Positions 1 to 9,046 of a stretch of 64,000 bases of DNA are shown here, piece after piece; the first letter of the stretch is position 1, and every line of letters begins with the position of its first letter. The notes under the pieces are model-generated. The model made no database searches. It saw only the letters and a list, made by a program, of their open reading frames with translations, and had not been told where the DNA came from. Source of the DNA: a bacterium (GTDB taxonomy: Bacteria; UBA8248). Location: contig OZ241326.1 of assembly GCA_965199855.1 (NCBI GenBank), positions 1,632,001 through 1,696,000 of the forward strand. The letters run 5' to 3'. The position numbers and the translations under genes are program-made.

Positions 1-1037
1 CGCGCCTGCGCGTTCACCTCCTTCGCGGCTTCTCCGTCGGCGAGGGAGGAGAGCATGGCGACGCCCGCCGCCGCCGAGAGAGGATTGGCGTTGAAGGTGC
101 CGTGATGGGCGATTTTCGTTCGCCGGTTCTCTTCGGGGTCGGCCTTGGTGGCGAGGCATTCCAGCGCGTCCGCGCGCCCGGCGACGGCCCCGCCCGGAAG
201 GCCGCCCGACAGGATTTTGGCGAGGCTGGTGAGGTCCGGCGTCACCCCGAAGCGCGCCTGCGCCCCGCCCGGGGAGACGCGAAAGCCGCTCACCACCTCG
301 TCGAAGACGAGCATCGCGCCCGCCTTGCGGGTCTCCTCCCGAAGTCCCGCAACGAAGTCCTTGTTCATCGGCACGGCGCCGAAATGCCCGCCGGTCGGCT
401 CCAGGATGAGCGCGGCGACTTCGCTTGATGCGAGCGCCTCACGGACGGCGCCCATGTCGTTCGGCGGGCAGACTGTGACGAGGCTGGTCACCTCTTCCAG
501 CTGTCCCGCTTCCGGCTCGTTCGAGTAGGGGGCGCGCACGCCGATCTCCAGCCCCTCGTGCCAGCCGTGGAAGTGGCCCGCGAACTTGACAACGCGCTTT
601 TTGCCCGTGAAGGCGCGCGCGAGCCGGAGCGCCATGTGGGTGGCCTCCGTGCCCGAGGCGGTGAAGCGCACCCGCTCCGCGCTCGGCACCAGGCGGCTCA
701 CCCATTCGCCCCATTCCACCTCCCGCTCGTGGCTCGCCCCGTGGTGCGTCCCCCGGAGGGCGGCCTCGCTCACGGCGTCCCGGACGCGGGGCGGGTTGTG
801 CCCGAACAGCAGGGCGCCGTGGCCCATCCAGTAGTCGATGTAGCGGTTGCCGTCCACGTCCCACTTGAAGGCGCCCTCGGCGCGATCGATGTAGATGGGA
901 AACGGCTGCATCCTGCGGTTGTCGTGCGTCACCCCGTCGGGAAAAACCCGCTTCGCCCGCTCAAAGAGGGCGCGGGAGGCGGGCAGCGATTCGGCGTAGG
1001 CGTCCGCGAGCTTGGGGGCGTCCGTCGGCTGCCGCAT
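1..1037 (-). CDS. Class III PLP aminotransferase (glutamate-1-semialdehyde aminomutase-like), 3' end outside window
   Basis: Manual translation from ATG at 1037: MRQPTDAPKLADAYAESLPASRALFERAKRVFPDGVTHDNR...AFKWDVDGNRYIDYWMGHGALLFGH; later VRFTASGTEAT, FAGHFHGWH, LVFDEVVSGFR, SLAKILSGG, GTFNANP. Not in the ORF track because it runs off the window. Confidence 0.9.
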   Translation of the reverse strand, partial: MRQPTDAPKLADAYAESLPASRALFERAKRVFPDGVTHDNRRMQPFPIYIDRAEGAFKWDVDGNRYIDYWMGHGALLFGHNPPRVRDAVSEAALRGTHHGASHEREVEWGEWVSRLVPSAERVRFTASGTEATHMALRLARAFTGKKRVVKFAGHFHGWHEGLEIGVRAPYSNEPEAGQLEEVTSLVTVCPPNDMGAVREALASSEVAALILEPTGGHFGAVPMNKDFVAGLREETRKAGAMLVFDEVVSGFRVSPGGAQARFGVTPDLTSLAKILSGGLPGGAVAGRADALECLATKADPEENRRTKIAHHGTFNANPLSAAAGVAMLSSLADGEAAKEVNAQA

Positions 1038-1253
1038 GAAAGTCTCCCGACCGAAAAGGATTTTTGTCGCGTTGGGTTTCGGCAACGCTACGCCCTGCTC
1101 CCGGCGGCGTCAAGGCGGAGCGGGGCGCGTTTTGGTCTCGCGGCGGAGAATTCCTCTGGCTGAATGCGGCTCCCCCTTGTCAAGAAGACCCTGCATTGTC
1201 CATGATGCGCCGCGTCGAAAGAGCGCCCTCACGCCCTCATCCTGGAGGTTTCC

Positions 1254-2192
1254 GTGCCCAGCTACGATCACGCGAAAGTATGGCTCAACGGAGAGATCGT
1301 GCCGCCCGAGGAGGCGAAGATCAGCGTTTTCAGCCAGGCCGTCCTCCGGGGGTCGAGCGTGTATGAGGGGATTCGCGCCTACTGGAGCGAGGAGCGGGGC
1401 AACCTGTTTCTCTGGAAGATGGAGCCGCACATCAAGCGGCTTTTCGATTCGATGAAGGTGATGCGGATGACCCCGCCCTATACGGCGGAAGAGTTCCAGG
1501 ACGCCGTGATCGAATGGATACGAGCGAACGAATTCCGGGAGGACGTCCACTTCCGGCTCAACGTGTATTTCGACGATTCGGGACCGCTCGACATGAAGGG
1601 CTACGCGGCCGAGGAAGTGGACGTCTGCGCCTTCATCAGCGGGGGGGCGAACAGCAACCGCAGGCGGCAGGAGCGGGGCGTGAACCTGTGCGTGAGCAGC
1701 TGGCGGCGGATTTCGGACGATTCCGCGCCGCCGCGCGTGAAGGCGTCGGCGAACTATCAGAACGGACGCCTCGCGGGGGTCGAAGCGCGGGTGAACGGGT
1801 ATGACGACGCCATCCTGCTGAACCGGAACGGCACGGTCGCCGAGGGCACGGGCACGTGCGTCATGATTCTGCGCGAGGGCAGGCTCATCACGCCGCCCGT
1901 GACGGATTCCATCCTGGAGAGCATCACGCGCTCGAGCGTGCTCGATATGTTCGAGAAGCGCATGGGCTCCGCGCCCGTGGAGCGGCCGGTGGATCGCACG
2001 GAAATCTACGTGGCCGATGAGGCGATGGTATGCGGCTCCGCCGCCGAGGTCGCCCCCGTCCTCTCGCTGGATCGCATCGAGATCGGGGACGGGAAGCCCG
2101 GAAAAATCACGCGCAGGCTTCAGGAGATTTTCTACGCCGCCGCCCGGGGAATGGACGAGGCGTACGAGAAGGACATCCTGCCGGTCTATTGA
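1254..2192 (+). CDS. Fold-type IV PLP aminotransferase (branched-chain/D-amino-acid transaminase family)
   Basis: VYEGIRAY, HIKRLFDS, RVKASANY, EGTGT, ILESITR, GSAAEV motifs; GTG start after GGAGG RBS. Confidence 0.9.
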   Translation: MPSYDHAKVWLNGEIVPPEEAKISVFSQAVLRGSSVYEGIRAYWSEERGNLFLWKMEPHIKRLFDSMKVMRMTPPYTAEEFQDAVIEWIRANEFREDVHFRLNVYFDDSGPLDMKGYAAEEVDVCAFISGGANSNRRRQERGVNLCVSSWRRISDDSAPPRVKASANYQNGRLAGVEARVNGYDDAILLNRNGTVAEGTGTCVMILREGRLITPPVTDSILESITRSSVLDMFEKRMGSAPVERPVDRTEIYVADEAMVCGSAAEVAPVLSLDRIEIGDGKPGKITRRLQEIFYAAARGMDEAYEKDILPVY

Positions 2193-2260
2193 GGAAGAAG
2201 GGCGGGGCCGGCCCCGCCGCAACATATTTGCCCCACGCTAAACGGTTTTTTGCTTTTCGT

Positions 2261-2338
2261 CGTCATTGCGGCGAAGGCCGCAATCCAGCGTGGCGGGAAA
2301 TTCAACGTTTCTGGGTTCCGGCTTTCACCAGAATGACG
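2261..2338. repeat. CGTC-type REP-like inverted palindrome dimer (degenerate)
   Basis: cgtcattgcggcgaaggccgcaatccag ... ctgggttccggctttcaccagaatgacg: two imperfectly complementary arms, each an internal hairpin, with CGTC/GACG ends. Confidence 0.7.
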
Positions 2339-2386
2339 GCCTCAGAGATTGGAGACCTCTCCACAAGAGGGCGCGGCCCACTGCAC

Positions 2387-2938
2387 CTAGAACGCCTTGA
2401 TCCCTTCCTCCATCTCTCTTGTCCATTCGACTTTCTTTACGCATTCACTATAGGTCGAAAGGAAAAAATTAACTGTTGCGCCCTTACGCGAAACACTGCC
2501 AATGAGCTGGATGGCCCTGACGTTTCCGACACCCCAGAATCCGAACTTCGTTGTCCATTGATACGCCCAAAAATTACTCCCCCCAAGCTGTCTCCCTTTC
2601 CCGTATTTTACGGCTGGCTGGTCGTGCATCCTTTTGATTTTGAGGCGCATATCAGACTCGTCAGAACCAGAAAAATTTGCTTCTCCTGTGATGGCGCATA
2701 TTCCAATTCCTTTCATATATTCAAGCTCATAAATTTGAAGCCACGGATGGGGTCGGGGGGGCGACGTGGAGCGCCACACATTTCCATATACTTTGCCCCC
2801 ACTGTCTTCACAGAATGCGTAATTTTCGGGGTGTTTGTCGATGTCGAAGCCGAACGGCAATTCTCCAGCGTGAGCCGGGAAAATCCCTGCCGCGCAAATC
2901 GCGCAAGCCGTCGTCAGTCCCAGACAAAATCGCTTCAT
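2387..2938 (-). CDS. Hypothetical exported protein, AT-richer than its flanks
   Basis: 183-aa ORF with signal peptide-like N-terminus (MKRFCLGLTTACAICAAGIFPAHA) and GGAGG RBS upstream. Confidence 0.7.
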   Translation of the reverse strand: MKRFCLGLTTACAICAAGIFPAHAGELPFGFDIDKHPENYAFCEDSGGKVYGNVWRSTSPPRPHPWLQIYELEYMKGIGICAITGEANFSGSDESDMRLKIKRMHDQPAVKYGKGRQLGGSNFWAYQWTTKFGFWGVGNVRAIQLIGSVSRKGATVNFFLSTYSECVKKVEWTREMEEGIKAF

Positions 2939-2971
2939 ACCCGTTGTCGGTTATCCTCCTCTGAAATTCGC

Positions 2972-4120
2972 TCAGCCGAGGCGGCGGAACACCTCGCCCA
3001 CGATTTTCATTCCTCTTTCAATCGTCTCCTCGTCCACCGAATAGGTGAAGCGCAGGTGGCCCTCGCCCGCCTCGCCGAATTCCGAGCCGCTGCGAACCGC
3101 CGCTCCGGCCTCCCAGATGCGCTTTCGCGCTTCGGTGGAGGAGATGGGGTATTCATACCGGCAGTATTGATAGAAGCCGCCCTGGGGCGGGATGGGAATC
3201 AGGCCGGGAATCTCCCGCGTCATCTCGTGGATGAGGCGGCCCCGCCCGTGGTATTCGCGCCCCATTTGCGCCACGCACTCCTGCGGGCCCCGAAGCGCCG
3301 CCGCGCCCGCGCGCTGGACGAAGGTGTTGATCGGCCCGTTGATGGAGCGGTGAACGCTGAACATCGGCTGGGCCAGATCTTCGGGCACGGCCATGAAGCC
3401 GAGACGCCAGCCGGTCATCGCGTAGGTTTTCGAGAAGGTGTCGAGGAGGATGAGGCGCTCCCCGTGTTCGGCGAACGAGAGCAGGGGGACGTGCTCGAAG
3501 CCGGGCTGGAGGATTTTCGCGTACGCCTCGTCCGAGACGACCATGAGGTCGTGGGCCGCGGCGAGTTCGACCAGAGCCGCCAGTTCCCCGCGCCGATAGA
3601 CCACGCCCGTGGGGTTGTTCGGATTGTTGAGGAGAATCAGGCGCGAGCGGGGGGTGATGGCGCGGCGAACGGCCTCTAAGTCGATTTGATAGTCCGCGTC
3701 GTGGGCCGCATGGACGGGAACGGCGCCTATCTGCCGCGCGACGTGTCCGTAGAGGGAAAACGTCGGATCCATCAGGATCGCCTCGTCCCCCGGGTTCAGG
3801 AAAGTCGTCATCACGGCGTAGATGCCCGAGCTCGCCCCGTTCGTGGCGATGATGGAGTCGGGCGCATACTTCGCTCCCGTTTCGCGTTCGATGCTCTCGC
3901 ATACGGCCTCAAGGAATTCAGGGTCTCCTTGGCCCGGAGCGTAGCCCGTAAGGCCCGCGTCGAGCGCTTCCTTGGCGGCTTCCGTGATGTGCGCGGGCGT
4001 GGGGAAGTCGGGCGTCCCGGAATCAAGGCGCGCCATGCTTGGCGGTCTTCTGGCCGTCATGTGGGAGGCGCGCTCCCCGCCCGAAGTAGCGGCGACCGTC
4101 CTGGCGATGCGTCGCTTCAT
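2972..4120 (-). CDS. Class I/II PLP aminotransferase (aspartate aminotransferase-like)
   Basis: GTPDFPTP, NNPNNPTG, SDEAY, DTFSKTYAMTGWRLG motifs; start chosen at MKRRIART (ATG 4120, GGAG upstream). Confidence 0.9.
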   Translation of the reverse strand: MKRRIARTVAATSGGERASHMTARRPPSMARLDSGTPDFPTPAHITEAAKEALDAGLTGYAPGQGDPEFLEAVCESIERETGAKYAPDSIIATNGASSGIYAVMTTFLNPGDEAILMDPTFSLYGHVARQIGAVPVHAAHDADYQIDLEAVRRAITPRSRLILLNNPNNPTGVVYRRGELAALVELAAAHDLMVVSDEAYAKILQPGFEHVPLLSFAEHGERLILLDTFSKTYAMTGWRLGFMAVPEDLAQPMFSVHRSINGPINTFVQRAGAAALRGPQECVAQMGREYHGRGRLIHEMTREIPGLIPIPPQGGFYQYCRYEYPISSTEARKRIWEAGAAVRSGSEFGEAGEGHLRFTYSVDEETIERGMKIVGEVFRRLG

Positions 4121-4315
4121 GGCTTCTCCGAAAATGAAGCTGCAGGTCGTGAGAACGCGCGCGACAGGAAGCTGAATGACGCCCTCGGGCGCGATGCGTG
4201 AGGATGCCACAGCGAGCCTGCGGACGCCACCGGGAGGCGAGGCGGCGTTTTCGTCGTCCGGGGGGTTGTCCCTCCGCTCGCGTCGGGAGTGAATACCCCG
4301 AGCTCGCGGGGGGCG

Positions 4316-5101
4316 TCATGCGTCCCCGGGCGCCCAGGCGGGCGGGCGCTTCTCCCGCGCCGCCGCCATGCCCTCCTGCGGCTCCCCCGTTTTGAAGGAC
4401 GCCTCGAAGGCGTCGATGGAAGGCGGAATCGCGCTTTCCAGGTAGGCGCGCGTCCATTCCCGCAAGAGTTTCTTCTGGGCGCGGAGCGCCTCCGGGGCGG
4501 CTTGCAGAAACGCGGCCGCGGCCTGCCTCGTCGTCTCCTCCAGTTCGTCCGGCGGGCATATCCTCTGGATGATGCCCGCGCGATGCGCTTCTTTCGCGTC
4601 GAACGTCCTGCCGGTAAGCAGCATGTCCTGCGCGCGCCCAAGTCCGCAGAAGGGCAGGAAAAGCGCCGCCTCGATAACGGAGGGCACGCCGACCCGCACC
4701 TCGGGCATGGCGAACTTCGCGTCGTTTGCGGCGACGCGGAAATCCGCGCCCAGAATCAGCTCGAGCGCCCCGCCGAGGACGTATCCGTGGCATTTGCAGA
4801 GCGCGGGGTGCGGAAATTCGCGTAGGCCGCGGATGAGGGAGTGGAGATTCGAGATGAACGCCCGCGCGTTTTCCTGCGTCAAGGCGCCCATCTCCACCAC
4901 GTCGGCCCCGGCGGAGAAGGCCGCGCCCGCGCCCTCGATGACGAGGAGGCGCAGGCCCTCCGCGCGTCCGAGATCGGCCAGCGCCGATTTCGCCTGTTCG
5001 ATCAGCTCCGCGTTGAGGGCGTTTCTCTTCTCGGGGCGGTTCAGCGCGAGGGTGGCGACCGCGTCCTCGCGCCTCACGAGAACCAGGGGCTTCTTCGGCA
5101 T
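4316..5101 (-). CDS. Enoyl-CoA hydratase/isomerase (crotonase family)
   Basis: LNRPEKRNAL, AFSAGAD, GGALEL, MPEVRVG. Confidence 0.92.
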   Translation of the reverse strand: MPKKPLVLVRREDAVATLALNRPEKRNALNAELIEQAKSALADLGRAEGLRLLVIEGAGAAFSAGADVVEMGALTQENARAFISNLHSLIRGLREFPHPALCKCHGYVLGGALELILGADFRVAANDAKFAMPEVRVGVPSVIEAALFLPFCGLGRAQDMLLTGRTFDAKEAHRAGIIQRICPPDELEETTRQAAAAFLQAAPEALRAQKKLLREWTRAYLESAIPPSIDAFEASFKTGEPQEGMAAAREKRPPAWAPGDA

Positions 5102-5140
5102 CGAACGCTCTCCTGGATGGCTCTGGGGGGAACTCAGGCG

Positions 5141-7747
5141 CTATGAAGACGCCGCAGGGCTTTGCGAGGCTGCGCCTTCACCCTTCGCGCTCAGGAACTG
5201 GATGGCGACCATGACGGCCATGACGAGCGCGCCCGTTATCTTCATCCACGGCACGTAGAAGAACAGCAGGCCGCCCGCTGCGGCGAATACGACGCGCTCC
5301 CACGTGAGAAGTTTTCTGCGCATGTAGCCCTCGAGCGACGCCGAGGTGCAGAAGAAGCCCATGAAGCCGCTCCCCCACACGACGATGATGTCGAACCACG
5401 ACGCGCCCGCGGTCATGTTGATGGGGGTGTAGGCCATCAGGAAGGGGACAATGTAGAGCGCCTTGCCCAGCTTGAGCGACGCGAAGCCGGTGCGCATGGG
5501 GTCTGCGCCCGCCACGCCCGCCGCGATGAACGCGCCAAGGGCGAAGGGCGGCGTCAGCGAGGCGTCCTGGCTCAGCCAGAGGATCATCAGGTGCGCGCTC
5601 AGAAGCGGCACGCCGAGTTCCACCAGGGCGGGAACGGCGAGGATCGAGAGCAGCACGTAGCTCGCCGTGATCGTCATGCCCATCCCCATGATGTAGCTGG
5701 CGACGGTGCACAGCAGAATCGCCACCGGAAGCGCCGTTCCCGTGATGCCGAGGGCGTTGTCGAGGATGGATGCGTAGCCCAGGATGATCGAGGAGAACTT
5801 GATGCCGAGGCCGGGCATCGATACGCCTGCGAGCACGATGCCCATCACGCCCGCCGTCACGCCGATGATGAGCGAGTTGACGGCTCCCCTCTCCAGCCCG
5901 TCCAGAACGCGGGGGGAGGAGAGCGCCGCCGCCGCGAGAGCCGACCAGAAAATCGACTCGAATATGGAGTGTCCCGCCATGGGCAAGACGATGAGCAGGC
6001 CCAGCCCGGCGAGCAGGGGCCAGTTCTCCATCAAGGGGTTTCCGGGCGGTTCGGCCTTCGCCTCTTCGAGGTAGGCGGCCGCCCGCGCGTCGGCTTCCTC
6101 ATGGCTCTTGCCGGATTCCATGAGTTCCTTGTGGCGTTTCGCGGCCCGGTATTCGAGCCTGTCGTTGCGCGCGCTCCATCCGGGCCGGCCCAGCAGGCGC
6201 GCGAGAACGGGCGGCAGGGCGAGCAGGCGGGTGTCCTCGCGGAAAAACCCCAGCGCCATCGCGAGGATGATGGACCACAGCGCGGCGTCGAAGGGCGAGC
6301 GTCCGATGATCAGCCGGAAGATGAGCAGCGCCACCGGCAGCAGCAGGTAGCCCTCTCTTTTCAGGAGAGGCAGGAGTTCGGGCAGCTCTTCTTTCGAGAG
6401 GCCGTGGATGCCGTCCAGCCCCGAGCGGAAATGAACCGACATATAGACGGAGAAGTAGTACATCAGCGCGGGCACGAGCGATATGAGCGCTATCCACCCG
6501 TAGTCCGTCTCGGTGAACGCCGCCACGAGGAACGCCGCCGAGCCCATGATGGGCGGAAGCAGGTGGCCGCCGATGGAGGAGACCGCCTCGACCGCGCCCG
6601 CGTAGTGGGGCTGGTAGCCCGCGCGCTTCATGAGGGGAATCGTAAAGGTTCCGGTGATGACGATGTTGGCCGCGCCGCTTCCCACCACCGAGCCCACCAT
6701 GCCGCTCGATACGACGGACGCCTTGGCCGCTCCGCCGCGCAGGCGGCCCACCAGCGCGTAGGACAGATCGATGAACACGTCGCCGACTTTCGTCTTTTCG
6801 AGAAAGACGCCGAAGAGGATGAACAGAAACACGTAGCTCGCATAGACGTTGGCGATGACGCCGAATATGCCCGACGTTCCGTAGATGAAGCTCACGACCT
6901 CGTTGTAGGAAAACCCTTTGTGCAGGAGTCGCCCCGGAAAATAATTGCCGTACATGGCGTAGTAGAAGAAGAATATCCCCAGCAGGGGAAGCACCCATCC
7001 CAGCACCCGGCGGCACATTTCGATCGAGACGATGATGGCGATCGTTCCCATGACGACGTCCGGCCAGAGCACGAGGCCCGCCCGGTCTCCCCGGTCGGCG
7101 AAGTTCATGATGTATTCCGCCGTGAAGACGACCACCCCCGCGCACAGGAGGAGGTCCGCGGCGGAGGGCCGCCTCCTCGGAGCGCCCGCGCGCGCCGGAT
7201 AGAAGATGAACGTCAGGATGGCGGTGAATACCACGTACAGGGGCAGATAGAAGTGGAACGCATAGATGGAGAGCCCCGGGAAGTGGAGCGTCTCCCATAT
7301 CGCCGAGAGGGATTTCTCCATCTCCGCCGTGAGAAGAGGCGAGAGGACATAGACGATGACCTCGCCGAAGCCCAGGCCGAAATCCACCGGCGCCTTGTTC
7401 GCGGCGCCGTAGAGAAAATATGAAGCGAACGCGAAGGAGGACAGCAGCGCCGTTGGCTTCGGCAGAACGCATAGGCCCGAGACGTAGAGCCAGATGAGGG
7501 CGTAGAGCCAAGCGTCCAGGGCGGGAAAATCCACTTCCTGCCATTCCCAGGCGATCTCGTAGGGGAGGTAGAGGCTGTATTTTCTTCCGGCGCAGAGAAT
7601 GACGTAGAGGAGGAGAAGGGCGGAGAGAAACAAAAAGACGGGGATGTTTTTTTTCTGGAGGCCGGGCTCGATATCCCGGCGGATGGCCGACTCCGGGGCG
7701 AAGATGAAGCGGGCCCACTCCCAGAGAAAATTAAAAAACTTCCCCAT
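5141..7747 (-). CDS. TRAP transporter fused permease (4TM/12TM, TAXI-type)
   Basis: Multi-TM 868 aa; FLFILFGVFL, GGAAKASVVSS, TGTFTIPLMKRAGY, PPIMGSAAF, GMGM, LTPPFALGAF. Confidence 0.92.
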   Translation of the reverse strand: MGKFFNFLWEWARFIFAPESAIRRDIEPGLQKKNIPVFLFLSALLLLYVILCAGRKYSLYLPYEIAWEWQEVDFPALDAWLYALIWLYVSGLCVLPKPTALLSSFAFASYFLYGAANKAPVDFGLGFGEVIVYVLSPLLTAEMEKSLSAIWETLHFPGLSIYAFHFYLPLYVVFTAILTFIFYPARAGAPRRRPSAADLLLCAGVVVFTAEYIMNFADRGDRAGLVLWPDVVMGTIAIIVSIEMCRRVLGWVLPLLGIFFFYYAMYGNYFPGRLLHKGFSYNEVVSFIYGTSGIFGVIANVYASYVFLFILFGVFLEKTKVGDVFIDLSYALVGRLRGGAAKASVVSSGMVGSVVGSGAANIVITGTFTIPLMKRAGYQPHYAGAVEAVSSIGGHLLPPIMGSAAFLVAAFTETDYGWIALISLVPALMYYFSVYMSVHFRSGLDGIHGLSKEELPELLPLLKREGYLLLPVALLIFRLIIGRSPFDAALWSIILAMALGFFREDTRLLALPPVLARLLGRPGWSARNDRLEYRAAKRHKELMESGKSHEEADARAAAYLEEAKAEPPGNPLMENWPLLAGLGLLIVLPMAGHSIFESIFWSALAAAALSSPRVLDGLERGAVNSLIIGVTAGVMGIVLAGVSMPGLGIKFSSIILGYASILDNALGITGTALPVAILLCTVASYIMGMGMTITASYVLLSILAVPALVELGVPLLSAHLMILWLSQDASLTPPFALGAFIAAGVAGADPMRTGFASLKLGKALYIVPFLMAYTPINMTAGASWFDIIVVWGSGFMGFFCTSASLEGYMRRKLLTWERVVFAAAGGLLFFYVPWMKITGALVMAVMVAIQFLSAKGEGAASQSPAASS

Positions 7748-7848
7748 CGCCGCCCTTTTTCACCCGAGGCCGCTGATGCCCGCTTTCCCCGGACGCGCCC
7801 CCCGGCGGGCGGCGCGCCCGCCGGAGGAGCGGAAGAATCCGGGAAGGT

Positions 7849-8844
7849 CTAGTTGGCCTTGTAGCCCTTCGCCTTCCAGTAGCGCGCGGCGCCGGGGTGG
7901 AGCTTCATGTTGAAGCTGCCCATCTGCCTGATGAACGCATCCGACTTCGAGGCGAAGTCCAGCCCGATCTTCCAGCCCTTGAATACGTTGATCAAGAAGT
8001 CGCGGTTCGCCTTGTCGTACACCCGCCGCGTCACCTCGTAGATGACGTCGGCGGGAACCTTCTCGTTCGCCACGGCGAAGATGGTGTAGGCGACCGTCTT
8101 GAACTTCTGTCCCTTCATCCCCTGGTAGGGGCTGGCGTCCTTGTTGTCCTTGTAGTAGCCCGAACTCAGGGCGACGAACTTGTCGCGCACGTTGTCGGGA
8201 ATGCTCAGGATGCGGAGCGGGCCGCTGCGCGAGGCGCGCAGAATCGAGGGCGAGGGCACCGGGTTCGGAATGCCGAAGGCGTCGATCTTGCCGTCGATCA
8301 TGTTGGTGGCGGCGGCGGCCCAGCCCAGGTAGTCCTTGCGTATCTTCTCGGTGATGCCGAGGTTGTCGGTGATGAACTTCATCATGAACAGCGTGGAGCT
8401 TCCTCTCGGGCCCATGTTCACCCGCTTGCCGGCGAGGTCGCTGTAGCTCTTGATGCCGGACTTGTGGAACGTCGCCACCTGGAACCAGGAGGTCGATACG
8501 GGCCCGATTCCCCGGATGGTCTTCATCGCCTTGCCCTTGTGGAAGGGCTTTTGCCTGCGCTGGATGAAGTCGACGAAAATCCCGTTCGTCATCCCGATCT
8601 CGGAGCGGCCGCTGGCGACGAGGCGGGTGTTGGCGACGAAGCCCTTCGACTCGCGGTTGGTGACGTTGACGGTCTTGCTCGTCTTGTTCACCGCCTCGGC
8701 GAGGCCCGCCGCCATGCGGAACGCGCCTGCGCCCTTGCCCGCGCCGACGATGGTGATGTTGGTGGCGGCGCTCGCCAGGGAAGCGGCGAAGCCCGCCGAG
8801 GCGACAACGGCAGCTGTTGCGAGCAATCTCTTCTGAATGCGCAT
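7849..8844 (-). CDS. TAXI-family TRAP substrate-binding protein
   Basis: Signal peptide, DLAGKRVNMGPRGSST, LHPGAARYWK; directly upstream of the fused permease. Confidence 0.9.
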   Translation of the reverse strand: MRIQKRLLATAAVVASAGFAASLASAATNITIVGAGKGAGAFRMAAGLAEAVNKTSKTVNVTNRESKGFVANTRLVASGRSEIGMTNGIFVDFIQRRQKPFHKGKAMKTIRGIGPVSTSWFQVATFHKSGIKSYSDLAGKRVNMGPRGSSTLFMMKFITDNLGITEKIRKDYLGWAAAATNMIDGKIDAFGIPNPVPSPSILRASRSGPLRILSIPDNVRDKFVALSSGYYKDNKDASPYQGMKGQKFKTVAYTIFAVANEKVPADVIYEVTRRVYDKANRDFLINVFKGWKIGLDFASKSDAFIRQMGSFNMKLHPGAARYWKAKGYKAN

Positions 8845-8956
8845 GGATTCACCTCCGTAGTAAGAATGGGGTTTGCTCTATTCGGAATGATTCTATCCGA
8901 TCAAGACGCTTTCGCAAGCGGCGTTCGGCCCGGTTCGCGCTTTTTCCCTGGAAATC

Positions 8957-8985
8957 TTGACTCCCGGAAGCCTGAGTGCTAGCTG
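8957..8985 (+). promoter_or_regulatory. Putative sigma70-type promoter for the SucC/SucD-like genes
   Basis: TTGACT-17 nt-TAGCTG with TG immediately upstream of the -10-like hexamer; -10 match is imperfect. Confidence 0.35.
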
Positions 8986-9046
8986 GTGCGCATCTTGCCG
9001 GTTTTCCCGCGAAAACGCGCCGCGCGCATTCTGAGTGGAGATTGTC

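Noticed and set aside
5162-7423. Long antisense or alternate-frame ORFs (e.g. 5162-7423, 36597-39770, 43654-45972, 52026-54824, 59388-61793)
   Set aside because: They are shadows of real genes in high-GC DNA with few stop codons; no motifs and Arg/Gly/Ala-biased composition.
8954-8985. CIRCE-like half site (gagtgctag)
   Set aside because: The left arm is poor, the spacing is 10 rather than 9, and no chaperone gene follows; better explained as a sigma70 promoter.
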